This document shows positions 25,646 through 38,013 of a DNA stretch of 64,000 nucleotides, piece after piece. Position numbers and translations under genes: made by a program. Origin of the DNA: Eledone cirrhosa (Eukaryota). The stretch's first letter is position 1. The number at the start of each line of letters is the position of its first letter. The notes under the pieces were generated by a model that had not been told where the DNA came from, did not search any database, and saw only the letters and a list, made by a program, of their open reading frames with translations. Location of the stretch: assembly GCA_964016885.1 (NCBI GenBank), contig OZ024741.1:223262001-223326000 (forward strand), given 5' to 3'.

Positions 25646-26227
25646 TATACTCACAAGACATCTACATGCACATATACATACACTCATACACACACATATA
25701 AACATATATGTGGTCAATTTGGCAGAGACATTGACATGTTTGATATTTTTCCAGTTTTCTGCCTTTTATTTCTTTAAGACCCTCTTAGAACTAAATAAAA
25801 TACCTTTATACCAGTCAGTACCTATGGCCTTTAAAGACCCTCAAATCAGTCAGTACCTGTAATCTATAAAACCCCTTAGACACATCAGTATCTATGATCT
25901 GTGAAAACCCTCTTTTAGGAAGTGAGTGTATTCCAGAGGATGGCAGTCATGGTAAGAAAGGATTGGGAAAAGTGTTTTATATATGAGTTCTGTGGGCCAA
26001 GACAGAGTAGGGTGTGTGACGACACAAGGCAGAATGAGAGAAAGATAAGTGTACTGGTTGAGCCAAGATGGAAAAGACGCTGATATAGTAGTGTTGGAAA
26101 TGGCAGAGAAGAGGAAACAGCACAGCTGTGAATTAGTGATTACACATGTGCTGGTGAGTGAATCTAAGCCAATCAATAAATGGCTTTATTTAATCAAAGC
26201 TATAATGGAGACAAATTTTGTAGTGGT

Positions 26228-26424
26228 GAAATAACAGCAGCAACAATAGTGATGACAATAACAAAGGTAACAACAATGATGGAAACAGTGATGATGACAA
26301 TAACAATGACAGCCAAAACAATAATGTCAGCAATGACGATGACAACAATAATGACAGCGACAACAACAACAAACACAATGACAATAACAACAGCAAAAAC
26401 AACACTAATGACAATAACAATCAT
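26228..26424. repeat. Degenerate (ACA/ATG/ATA)n trinucleotide low-complexity tract
   Basis: Direct reading; yields the T/M-rich and V/I-rich ORFs on both strands. Confidence 0.85.
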
Positions 26425-27199
26425 TGAATATTGTTTGTAAACAATAGAATCATAATAATTTTCTTTAGCTCAACAACAGATTCCAAGATTTAGTGTTTGG
26501 TTGGACAAGAAGGTTGCTTGAGGAAATCAAACCATAAAGAAACTATGTCGAAGAAAAGGAAGTCTGCAGTCAGGGTGTGGTGGAGTGGTGAGTGGTAGGA
26601 ATGGGGTGAGGCAGGATGTTGTATGGAGCACCCCCCACCCCCACCACAAAAAAAGATGACAGCCATTATTATGACAATGAATAAATTTGTTGAGGAAAAT
26701 CTCAACCACTTTCCAGATTATTCTCCCTGTTGATGTTTCAATGATTTCAAATTCTGAAATAATAACTTTGAAACAGTTGTTTAACGTTTATAGTTTCCAG
26801 GCTCCTCCTCCACCACACATTCTCCCCAATACCACCAAAACATGATAGAGAAAAAGTAAATCAGTTGAAATAGCATTCTGAATAATGTTTGTATAGTTTT
26901 TGCTGTTTTGGGGGGTTTTTTTTTTCTTTTCCTTTTTTTTTTTTCTTTTTGCTCTCTCTCTCAGGATTTTCTTTATTTGAAGAAAACAACCTAAAGCTTT
27001 ATGGAATGAGCTTGGATAGAATGAAACATTTATTTTAGCTTCCAATTATCTCATTGTTTGTGAAAAAAATTGATGAGTATATATATATATATATGATAGT
27101 GTTATAAGTGTGTGTGTGTGTGTTTAAGTGAAATGGAGAAAGGAAATTGTTAGATGTGAAGAAACTTCAAATCTCTCTCTCATATATATATATATACAT

Positions 27200-30100
27200 A
27201 CTTAGAATCCAAGCTTTCAATTTTATTCGTTAATTCTGTCAGACCCACAAAAACAATCTCCTTGTATTTAAACTCTGATTACTGTTATACGTTCATTTAA
27301 TAACCTTCTCGTATTTAAACACTGATTACTGTTATACGTCCGTTTATAGGTTTTGATTAAAAAAAATAACCTTCTAGTTAACTTCCCCATATCCTCCCGC
27401 CACCCCCACTCACCACCATTATTAGATGGTCCAATCATAATTCAGCGGCTTATAATATGTTTCTCTTACCAATCTCTTACACAAAACCACCGCCTCGGCT
27501 ATCACTCCTTAAGTTTAGACCTGGTTGCTTTTGATATGCTAGATGAACTGTGGGATTCTGGAGAGTACGAAGAATCTGGACACTCAAATGACAATGTCAA
27601 ATATAAAGATAAATTCACCTCATGTGGCCGGACGAAAATGCAAGGACTCCGCTTTATTTCTGACACGGATGGCTAACATAACCCCATCTCCCTCACCCCT
27701 CCCTACGCCTCCAACCCATCCCTTCCACCCATCAAACGAAATCCAAAACTTCAGAGTTGGTACCATGAATGTAGGTACCTTAAAAGGTTGCTCTAACGAG
27801 GTTGTAGAGATGCTTGAACGTAAGGAAGTTGATGTTTGTTACGTCCAAGAGACTAGGTGGAGGGGTGGGTCTGCTAGATTCATTGTGGGTAAAAAACGAT
27901 GCTATAAACTTTTCTGGATGGGAAATGACAATGGGCTGGGTGGAGTAGGAATCATGTTAGCAGAAAAATGGGTAGATAAGGTAATTGACATAAATAGAGT
28001 GAATGACAGAATAATTAAAATAAGACTTGCCCTAAATAGAACTACTGTGACAATAATATCCGCTTACGCACCCCAATCTGGACTGCCTGGCGTTATAAAA
28101 GACAGATTCTATGAGTCGCTAATGCTCACTACCTCCCAAATAACCGACAGCGACTACATAAATATTGCTGGCGACCTAAATGGTCATGTTGGACAACATT
28201 GTGACGGCTATGACGGAATCCATGGAGGCTATGGGTTTGGTACCAGAAATGAGGAAGGCTTCAGAATTCTGGAATTCTGTGACGCAAATAACCTAACTAT
28301 CTGTAACACAAACTTCAAAAAACGAGACAATCACTTGATCACCTATAGATCAGGGGAACACGCCAGTCAGATAGATTATATCCTTACCAGAAGACGTGAC
28401 AAAGTGTCAGTTGTAAACATTAAATCACTCCCCCGTGAAGAATTCACCTCCCAACATAGCCTCATAGTTAGTGACCTCATAGTCAGGACGAAACGTACTC
28501 GACAACAGAGGAGGACCACCCTGAGAAGAAGAATATGGAAGTTAAAGGACCCCACAGCCAGTAATAAATTTAAAAGCATACTACTTGATGCTTTTGACAG
28601 TAAGGAAGAGCAATTAGAGTCGTACAATATAGAGGAACAGTGGGAATTCCTGAAAGTTAACCTGCTGAAGGCGACAGATGAAATCTGTGGCTGGAGCAGA
28701 CCTATAGGCAGGGGGAGAGTAACTTGGTGGTGGAACAGTAAGGTGGAGGAGTCAATCAAGGCCAAAAAGCAAGCTTGGAAAGTATGGCGGGATGGGGGAA
28801 TTAGAGAACACTATCAAGTGGTCAGGAGGGAAGCTAGGAGACAAGTGTACCTTGCAAGAAGGGAAAGAAAGTTCAAGCATGTTCTACAATGCGAGGACCA
28901 AAATCGTGAGGTGTTCAGGATTGCTAGACAATGTGTCAAGGAAAACTGTGATATTGTCGGGGGGAAGTGTGTCCATAATGATGATGGTATACTTGCAATC
29001 ACTGATACTAATAAGAAGGTAGCTTGGAAGTGTCACTACGAAAGGCTACTAAATGAGGAGAATAAGTGGGAAAAAATAGTCTGCCCCAAATCGATCCAAT
29101 AGAGGGACCAGCAGTGCAAGTTGAAGGTAATATAATAAGTAAGGCAATCAAAGATATGAAGACAGGCAAAGCAGCTGGGCCTTCGGAGATAGTTGCTGAA
29201 ATGCTGAAAGCATCTGGATCGGTGGAACACACTATGGTCTCCCGGATAGTAAACCAAGTCATACAGAATGGGGTTATACCAAATGACTGGCGTAGCAGCA
29301 TCATCATTAACTGCTACAAGGGTAAAGGAGATGCCCTAGATAGGGGAAACTATAGAGGCATTAAATTAATTGACCAGGTCATGAAGGTCACAGAAAAAGT
29401 TTTAGCGCAACTAATCAGAGAGCACAGTTATTGCACAGCTGATTAGGGACCAAATTGATCTAGATGAAATGCAGTTTGGGTTTGTGTCAGGTAAAAGTAC
29501 CACAGACGCTCTTTTCCTTGTACGACAACTACAAGAGAAGTACCTAGCTAAAAGTAAACCCCTATACTTAGCTTTTGTTGACTTGGAGAAAGCCTTTGAC
29601 AGAGTCCCCCACTCCATTATCTGGTGGGCTCTTAGAAAACTAGGTGTTGATGAATGGCTCGTGAGAGTTATACAAGCTATGTATAAAGAAACAGTCAGCA
29701 AGGTTAGAATTAACAACGAATATAGTGAAGAATTTAGCGTAAAAGTCGGTCTTCATCAGGGCTCTGTCCTTAGCCCCCTCCTATTTATTATTGCCCTTCA
29801 GGCTATAACAGAGGAGTTCAAGACCGGCTGCCCATGGGAACTATACGCTGATGATCTAACGCTCATAGCTGAATCAATGGCTGAACTAAAGAAGAAATTC
29901 CAAACATGGAAGCATGACCTAGAATCAAAAGGCCTTAAAATTAACTTGTCTAAGACTAAAGTTCTAGTATGTAGGAAGGAAAATAGGGCACTGGTCGTCT
30001 CTGGGAAATGGCCATGCTCAGTGTGTAGGAAAGGAGTAGGCAGAAACTCCATTTTATGTCCCAAATGCAAAGTATGGGTGCATAAAAGATGTAGTGGGAT

Positions 30101-31180
30101 CACAGGTAAACTAACTAAGAACATAGATTTTATATGTGGCCGGTGCCCAGGTGAAATAAGTAGTAGCAAGTGCCCACAGGATACTAGCTCCTTCCATTGC
30201 CCAGATGGTTCTATAGAAATAGTGGACACCTTCCGTTACCTGGGTGACAAAATCCGCAGTGGTGGAGGGTGCTCTGAAAGTACAGTAGCTAGAGTCAGAA
30301 CGGGATGGAAAAAGTTCAGAGAGCTTATACCACTATTGGCCGCTAAAGGTTTCTCTCTAAAAATGAAAGGCAGACTGTATGATACCTGCATACGAACAGC
30401 AATGTTGCATGGCAGTGAGACCTGGGCATTGTGTGCAGAGGACCTGCGCAGACTGGAGAGGAACGAAGCTTGCATGCTCCGTTGGATGTGTAATAGTAAT
30501 ATACGTGAATGGCAAAGCATAAATGAACTAAGTGAGAAATTAGGAATAAGAGGGATCAGATGCTGTTTACTCGAGAGAAGACTACGTTGGTACGGTCACG
30601 TGATGCGCATGAAAGACGACAGCTGTATAAAAAAGTGCAGGGCGATCAAAATAGATGGAAGCCACGGAGTAGGCAGACTCAGAAAAACCTGGGACGATTT
30701 GATAAATTCCGACCTTACACACTTACACCGCTTCAAGATAATGTCACTGGACCGAGATCTTTGGCGCTGCGCAGTAATACAGAAGACCCGCCTACAAAGC
30801 GAAACCTACAGTCAGTAGGCACCTCTTAATCAAATATACACCCCCATCCCAATACCCCTACTCCCACCTCCATCTACACCACCCCATTGTCTGTAAAGTT
30901 ATGTTGGTGCTACAACATCCAGTCCTAAATAAATGAGGTCGTGTAGGTGTCATGACAAAAAAAATACACAGTCCACGCTGTAATGTGGCCGTGTAGGTAA
31001 CATGGTAAAAACCTCCCAGTCCACACTGTAAATGTGGTTGGTGTTAGGAAGGGCATCCAGCCGTAGAAAACCTGCCAGACAGTCCTATACGAGCAAGACA
31101 ACCAATCTTGCCTCACATGGGACATTTCCCGTCTAAACCCATGCTAGCGTGGAAGATAGACGTTAAATGATGATGATGAT
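27200..31180 (+). mobile_element. Near full-length RTE-clade LINE (5' boundary uncertain)
   Basis: APE endonuclease plus RT coding region, 3'UTR with ~40-bp repeats, ends GACGTTAAA(TGA)n at 31180; flanked by TA-rich microsatellite. Confidence 0.92.
27543..30818 (+). pseudogene. RTE ORF2 (APE endonuclease - RT with PHD finger) broken by two frameshifts
   Basis: EN motifs GTMNVGTL, VQETRW, SAYAPQ, GDLNGHVG, SQIDYIL, SQH; RT motifs NYRGIKL, QFGF, DLEKAFD, HQGSVLSPLLF, YADD, GLKINLSKTK, FRYLG; RTE C-terminal LRWYGHVMRM. Frameshifts at the A6 run 29071-29076 and at 29426. Confidence 0.92.
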
Positions 31181-31199
31181 ATATGTGTGTGTGTATGTA

Positions 31200-31259
<60 letters not shown>

Positions 31260-31364
31260 AAGATAGGTAGATAGATTTGCAGTTTTCATATATGTATATG
31301 TATGTATATAAAATATAATCATCAAAATCATCATCATCATGTCATCATTTAATTTGTTTTTTAC

Positions 31365-32090
31365 CAGTACTTAACTAGTGATTTATTTTATCAAGACAAA
31401 GTAGACCAAAGTGAGATTTGAACATAGAAAATCATGACTAAATGCTGCAAAGCATTTAGTCCATCACTTCAAAAATACTGCCAACCCCCACCCTAATAAT
31501 AATGAAAATAATTTGTTTCTACTTTAGGCACAAGGTCAGCAATTTGAAGAGGAGGGGAAGTTGAGTAAATCAACCCCAGTACTTACTGATGCTTTATTTT
31601 ATCAACCCCATAAGGATGAAAAGGAAAGCTGACCTTGGTGGGATTTGAACTCAGAATGTAAAGAGCTGTAACTCAATGCCACGAAGCATGTTGTCCGGCG
31701 CTCTACCGACACTGCCAATCTACTTCCCTAATAATTGTTTCTACTATTGGCACAAGGCCAGCAATTATCCTAGTGCATTACTGGTACTTTATTTTATCAA
31801 CCCCGTAAGGATGAAAGTGAACCTCAGGATTTGAACTCAGATTGTAAAGGGACACAACTCTAATGATGAGGATAATAATAATAGCTACCGATACTGCCAA
31901 TTCACCGCCTTCTGATTATGATATTAATAATGTTTTTATTTCATCTTCATCATCATCATCACCACCACTATCATTGTCTTCACCCCTATTATTATTCATT
32001 AAACATTAATAATAATTGTTTCTATTTTTGGCACAAGGCCAGTAATTTCCCCAGTGCATTACTGGTGCTTTATTTTTTCGACCCCTTATG
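31365..32090 (-). mobile_element. Head-to-tail cluster of about four SINE-B copies
   Basis: Repeated TTGTTTCTA...GGCACAAGG tails at ~31513, ~31735, ~32016 and heads CTGCCAA at ~31478, ~31712, ~31894. Confidence 0.8.
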
Positions 32091-32504
32091 GGGTTGATAT
32101 ATCATCATTTCATCATTCCCGTCGAGGTTAACTTACAGTATCAAAAGTAGAAACAATTATTATTATTAAATGAAAAAAACAATTCATTATTATTAGGGAA
32201 GTAGTGGTTTGGCAGTATAGATAGAGGGTTGGACGCCATGCTTTCCAGCATAGAGTTGTGTTAGGAAGGGCATCCAGCTGTAGAAATCAAGCCAGAATCA
32301 GTTCCCGTCCGACCCTCTATCTATACTGCCAAACCAATTCAGAATATACGAACGACTCAGTAGCTAAATATCCAAAGGTATTTTGTCTTGCCTTAATTAT
32401 GATATTAATTGTTTCTACTTTAGGCACAAGGCCAGCAATTATCCAGTACATTACTGGTACTTTATTTTATCGACGTTAAATGCTCAGAAGAAAGTTCATG
32501 TCGT

Positions 32505-32800
32505 TGAACCTCCATCATTTCTGACAATGGTTGTTTCATTGGAACTGCCTGCTCATGAAATTACCATGTAAGTGGCAGAGCATTCCACAAACATATGCAC
32601 CCTTAACGTAGTTCTAAGGGAGATTCAGGATGACTCAATGAATTACAAGTATAACACATTTTTGCCAGTAGAGTCGAGTGGAGTAATGTGAAATAAAGTG
32701 TCTTGCTCAAGGAGACAATGAACTACCCAGCTCAGGAATTGAACTCATGACCTTACAATCATGAGCAAAATACCCTATCCACTAAGCCACCTGCCTTCAC
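32505..32800 (-). mobile_element. CORE-type tRNA SINE with a fourth tail type; other copies ~46878-47205 (-), ~50802-51120 (-), ~45697-45905 (+, partial), ~58060-58230 (-, partial)
   Basis: CCTGCTCATGAAATTA..ATGTAAGTGGC..AGCATTCCAC...GGAGATTCAG block followed by rc CORE GAAATAAAGTGTCTTGCTCAAGGA and rc head TTGAACTC...CCACTAAGCCA. Confidence 0.8.
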
Positions 32801-33465
32801 TAATAACACAAAACATAATTAACATTCAATCAATTATATAAGACATAGAAAGAGGAAAGATGAGAAAGATGAAGAGGGTGGTGGTGGCGAAGGGAGGGTG
32901 GGGTGGAGGAGGTGGTGAGGAGGAGCGCGGTGGGGAAGAGGTGGAGAGGAGGAGGGTGAAGAGGTGGAGGAAGAAAAGAAGTAGCAGATGAGGAGAGGGA
33001 ATAGTAAAAAAAATGTTGCAGGTCGTTAAAAGTTTGCTTTGAAGATACTTTAGACAGAGAATAATGAGGAATTAAGAAGCTAATTAGTATGATTAATGGA
33101 AGGAGGAAAACAGGGGAGGGTTATGCAAGCAGATGTCTTTATGGGTAACATTTGAACAGATGTATGCAAGAGGTGGTAAGATGATTACACTTCATAACTA
33201 GATTCTACAAGGAAATGGTTAGCACCATTATTGGAAGTTTGACATTGTATCTTTTGACTTTGACAACTAACATTGTGTGCTAATTATGTTATAAAAATAT
33301 ATCATGATGTATTCTTTTATTCCTTTACTTGTTTCAGTCATTTGAGAGCGGCTATGCTGGGGCATCACCATGAATGGATTTAGTCCATCATGGCACCAGT
33401 ACATATTTTGTCAAATTAATAAATTACTGAAGATAAACAAACAGTAAATGTAAACAGACACAGAT

Positions 33466-33496
<31 letters not shown>

Positions 33497-33537
33497 CATC
33501 ATCATCATTTTACGTCCGCTTTTCCCTGCTTGCAATA

Positions 33538-33595
<58 letters not shown>

Positions 33596-33984
33596 TAAAA
33601 GGACGATTTGTTATGCCTTCATTACATTTCAATAAACGTAATGAAGACATAATAAATCGTCCTTTTACTATTATAATTACACTCTGCTTAGTACTACACC
33701 TCTTTACAGACTGGAAACTACGCATCGAGTGCTCACTCTGGTGAACCTACTATAACTGTACATTACACTCCCTATATATATAAATACACTGTGTTGGTGA
33801 CACTATAAAAAGAACCCAGTCAACCCTGTAAATCATTTGTGTGGTGACACAACAAAAAGCACACAGTTCATCCTGTAAAGTTGTAGTGTTGTTGACACAA
33901 CAAAAAACATCCAGTCCAACCTAATTTTATTATATATATATACAAACACACATATATATACACATACACACACACTCACCCACA

Positions 33985-34150
33985 GACGACAGCCTTGCAC
34001 ACAGTTTCCATCTATCAAATTTCACCCACAAGGCATTAGTCAACCCAAGGCTATAGTTGAAGGCACTTGCCTAAGGTACCACACTGGTGCTGAGTCCAAA
34101 TCCACATGGTTGTGAAGTAAACTCCTTAACTACATAGACATGTCTCTGCC
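33985..34150 (-). mobile_element. Further tRNA-like SINE family (D); other copies ~39965-40112, ~47727-47857, ~58232-58538 (two), ~51272-51430 (+)
   Basis: Shared CAGTTTCCATCTAxCAAATTTCACxCACAAGGCAT...AAGGCTATAG...GACACTTGCC block; copies show an rc B box (GGGATTGAACC at ~40063). Confidence 0.7.
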
Positions 34151-35571
34151 TACAATGTAATATGGTAATATTCTGTTATGTGGTGGTCTTATTGTACTGT
34201 GATTTGATTTTGGAAAATACACCATGACTACAAAAGAAAGGTGCTGACAGTCAGATTAGATTAGAGAAACAATAATTCTATTGATCTTTCCATTTCTGAT
34301 ACTATCTGACGGTTGCAGCTCCTGGCAGAAGGAGCATCATGGAATAAAGAATTTTGGTCAAGAAAACACTGTGTTGCCTGGTCCAGGAATCAAACCTACA
34401 GCCTTATGATTGTGAGTTTAACACCCTAACCACTAGGCTATGCACTGTCACAATAGAAAGAAAGAAGAGAGAAAGACTGGAAAGAGAATATCAATTAAAA
34501 TGATTGAAAATGAAAATAATTAGTCAAACAGTTCTAGTGCCCACACTAAAAAGGAAAAAGAAAATATTCAAATTAGGTATATTTTTAACTTAGAAAACAT
34601 TTAGAAGTTTCACGGTGCTGATACATTTTGGTTGTTTACTGGTGGTTTCGTTAATTTTTCTTTTTTAAAGAGTAAATCTAACTTTTAGTATAAAACTTTG
34701 AGAATAATAAACAGAAAACACAACAAAGAAAAAAAGCACACTCACACAACATATGTTCATTCCATCTCTAACAGAATCATTTAGCTCAAAGAACAATAAT
34801 AATAATAATAATAATATGCAAAAAAAGTTCAAACAAATTCTAAAAAGAAATAGAAAATGTTGAAAATCTTTAAAATTATGTAAAAAAAAAAAATAATAAT
34901 TTAATAGAAGTAAGAGACCTATAAAAAAATATGAAAGAAATAAAGAAAAGTTAAAAGATAAAACAAAAAAGAAAGAAAGAAAGAAAATGGTAAAAACAGA
35001 GCCTAATTTTAGAGAGAAAATCACTTTGAAACTTTATAATATTAGAAGATCATTTCAGAAGCTATTCTGAGTCAGATTCCAATCTTTAAAAAAAATATAA
35101 AAATAAAAAAGAAAGAGAAAGGGAGAGAAAACCATGTGGAAAGTGTGAAGTAGAGAAATCAGTGTTTATAGTCCTGGCTAAACTTAGCTAAACAGTGCAA
35201 TGTTGGTAGAATCTCAGAGGAAATAGCAAGAAATAAAACTGGAACACAGATTGGGGAATGGGGGTGTGGTGTAGTGTAGTGTAGTGTAGTGTGGTATGGT
35301 GTATCATGGACAAAATGAATAAATAAAATGTTCTGGAAAAACAATGAAAGGCATAAATAAAATTGAAGTTTTAAGAAAAAGGGGAAATTAGAAAAGGAAC
35401 ACAACATCAGACCTATATGTGTATGTATGTGCATGTATGAATGTAAGAAAACCAAGTAGTTGGATGAACTGGGGTAAACTGAAAATAACTGTGTATTGAT
35501 TGAGGTTGGTATTTTAAAGACATGGTATTAGGAATAGATTACAAAAAAATAATAAAATTAACAGAAATAAT

Positions 35572-35977
35572 TGTTTCTACTTTTGGCACAAGGCCAACAA
35601 TTACCCAGTGCATTACTGGTACTTTATTTTATCGACCCCGTAAGGATGAAAGGCAAAGTAAACCTCGGCGGGATTTGAACTCAGAATGGCAAGGACCGTA
35701 ACTCTATGCGTCAAAGCATGGCGTCCGACCCTCTACCGATACTGCCAATCCAACAGAAATAATGATGTTTAATTTAGGCACAAGGCCAGTGGTTTGGGTG
35801 AGGGGAGAAGTCGATTATATCAACCCCAGTATTTAACTGATACTTTATTTTATCAACCCCAGAAGGGTGAAAGGTAAAGTTGACCATGGCAGGAGGGGAA
35901 CTCAGAATGTAAAGAGCCAGAGCAAATGCAACTGAACATTTGTCCGAGGCTCTTACAACTCTGTCGGTCCACCTTCC
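35572..35977 (-). mobile_element. Young SINE-B (35572-35751, 12-bp TSD AACAGAAATAAT) abutting an older copy (35764-35977)
   Basis: TSD at 35560-35571 and 35752-35763. Confidence 0.88.
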
Positions 35978-36543
35978 TCATAATGGCTTCTAATTTTTGG
36001 CACAATTTGTGGAGAGAGGAAAAGTCAATTAAATTGACCAAAATACTTCATTGATAATAATAATAATAATGATGATGACAATTTTTAATAATAATAGTAT
36101 TAACAACAATAATAACAGAAATGGTAAAAGAAGCGAAAGCAATGCAGTTACCAAGTAACAATAACAAAACAAAACAAAAAATAAAACCAGAAATAAAAAT
36201 AAGAATATTTGATTACTAAAAATACTATAAATAACGAAGAACCATTAAGTTTTTTTTTTACTAATGCCTGACTAAATCAAGATTGTAGTTCTATGCCCTC
36301 ACACTAGGGATGGGGTTGGAGAAAAGATGAAATCAATAAGTAAATTAAAGAATTCAGAATTGGTTAAAGTTCATCAGATAAATGTATTTTAGAAGCATGC
36401 ATATAATACAATCTATGTTTACCTTTATTTCCTCTATTTCTTTATCATCAGATTTCTCCTGTTTCAGTGAAGAGACATAATTACACAGGAATTAGTAATG
36501 TACATACTACAGTACTAGTCAAGCATCATTTCAGATAGTTTCA

Positions 36544-37118
36544 CCCTTTTGATACCAAACTACCTGAAACTAACCCCTGATTCTATGATACCAAACTGTG
36601 GTTTAAAAAGTTTTCATTCATCTAAAAATCTTTTGTGATAATTTTATGTAAAAACCTTTGTTGAGTTCTGCTCCAAACTTAATAATTGTTTCTATTTTAG
36701 GCACAAGGCCAGCAATTACCCAGTACATTACTGGTACTTTATTTTATCGACCCCGTAAGGATGAGAGGCAAAGTTAACCTCGGCGGGATTTGAACTCAGA
36801 TCATAAAGGGACGTAACTCTATGCTTCAAAGCATTGTGTCCGACTCTCTACCGATACTGCCAATCCACTGGTTTCTAATTTCGTACAAGGCCAATATTTT
36901 TGTGGGATGAAGAGAAAGTTGATTACATCAACCCCTACTTCTTCATTTTATCAATCCCGGAAGGATGAAAAGCAAAGTTGACCTTAGTGGGATTTGGGCT
37001 CAGAACATAAAGAGCCAGAACAAATCTCCCCAAATTCTCAATTATTTTCAAAACGATTTGAAAAGCATAAACAGGAATTTTCTTTTTTAATTAGAATTAT
37101 GGTAATGAAAGATTTAGT
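36544..37118. mobile_element. piggyBac-like non-autonomous element interrupted by two SINE-B copies (36679-36869, 36870-37022); related copy ~59125-59557
   Basis: Starts TTCA|CCCTTT; body aligns with 59130-59320 (CCTGAAAC..TTCTATGATA..ATCTAAAAA..TTTTCAAAA); the 59 kb copy ends AAAGAG|TTAA. Confidence 0.55.
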
Positions 37119-37403
37119 CATCACAATGTGCTAGTGCAAGCACTTTTGAAGATGGTGGTAGCAACAAAGACAGGTCTAAATAAGAAGCAAAAGTACTTTA
37201 ATAAAATTGCACATTTGATGATGTTCTACATGACCCTTCTTCCTTCACACACTACACACCTCAGAAATGTTACCTGCCACCAACATCAAATCTGGAATAA
37301 TTCAAACTTAATACTACTAAGTCCACAAGGGCCTGAAAAGGATATGGACACTGATCCTACATAGTGTTTACTTCTTTATGGGCTGGATTTAAGCCTTGTT
37401 TCA

Positions 37404-38013
37404 CCCTTTAGGATTTACATTACTCTGTAGCGCTCTCTAGACAGGGAAGTAGCTAGAGTTACTTCCCGTCGAAAGTCTAGAACCCTCTTTGCAACTTCCG
37501 GAAAGAGGATATAAATAGCGGCAACGCAGTCAAGCTATCTCTCTTTTTTGGCGCCTTCCTTCGAACCAACAACACTGAAGATAAGCATGTTAACTTTTCT
37601 GTGACCACCTATCATGGATCTAGACTATACCTAATTATGTACGAGAAATTTGTGTACAACAATTATAACATGGAGCTACAATAAAAATGAAGACTTGTAT
37701 TCGATTTGGTGTTATGTAAAATATCTTATCCTTTTCTGTATAAAATTTAGTAGTTAGATTCCGGTGACATTTACTCGAGTAAATAACCCTGGGTCTGGCA
37801 GAACACTAAAACTCTATATTTACTATCATATTTTGATGGTAAAGGCTTTACCTCACATATTTATCTCACATAATATCGGACCTCTAACATTTTTGTATTA
37901 TTTATTTTGAGAATAATACCTTAACATCAGTATGAGCAGCAATTTGCAGCCGGTTTGAGCAGAAAGAGGAGAGAGAATTCTGGCTGGATACGGTCGGTTT
38001 AAATGCTAAAGGC
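37404..38013. mobile_element. piggyBac-like MITE hosting a solo LTR
   Basis: Termini TTCA|CCCTTTAGGATTTA and TAAATGCTAAAGGC|TTAA are imperfect TIRs with TTAA-like targets. Confidence 0.6.
37426..37810 (+). mobile_element. Solo LTR (385 bp), probably Gypsy-like
   Basis: TGTAG...CTAAA (CTACA expected) termini, 4-bp TSD ACTC at 37422-37425 and 37811-37814, TATAAATA at ~37510, AATAAA at ~37680, CpG-rich relative to flanks. Confidence 0.7.

Noticed and set aside
26180-26440. Thr/Met-rich mucin-like ORF and hydrophobic antisense ORFs
   Set aside because: Degenerate trinucleotide tract open on both strands, with no convincing splice signals.
27353-27676. Possible short ORF1 upstream of the RTE ORF2
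   Set aside because: Non-ATG start, no recognisable motif, and the 5' boundary of the element is undefined.
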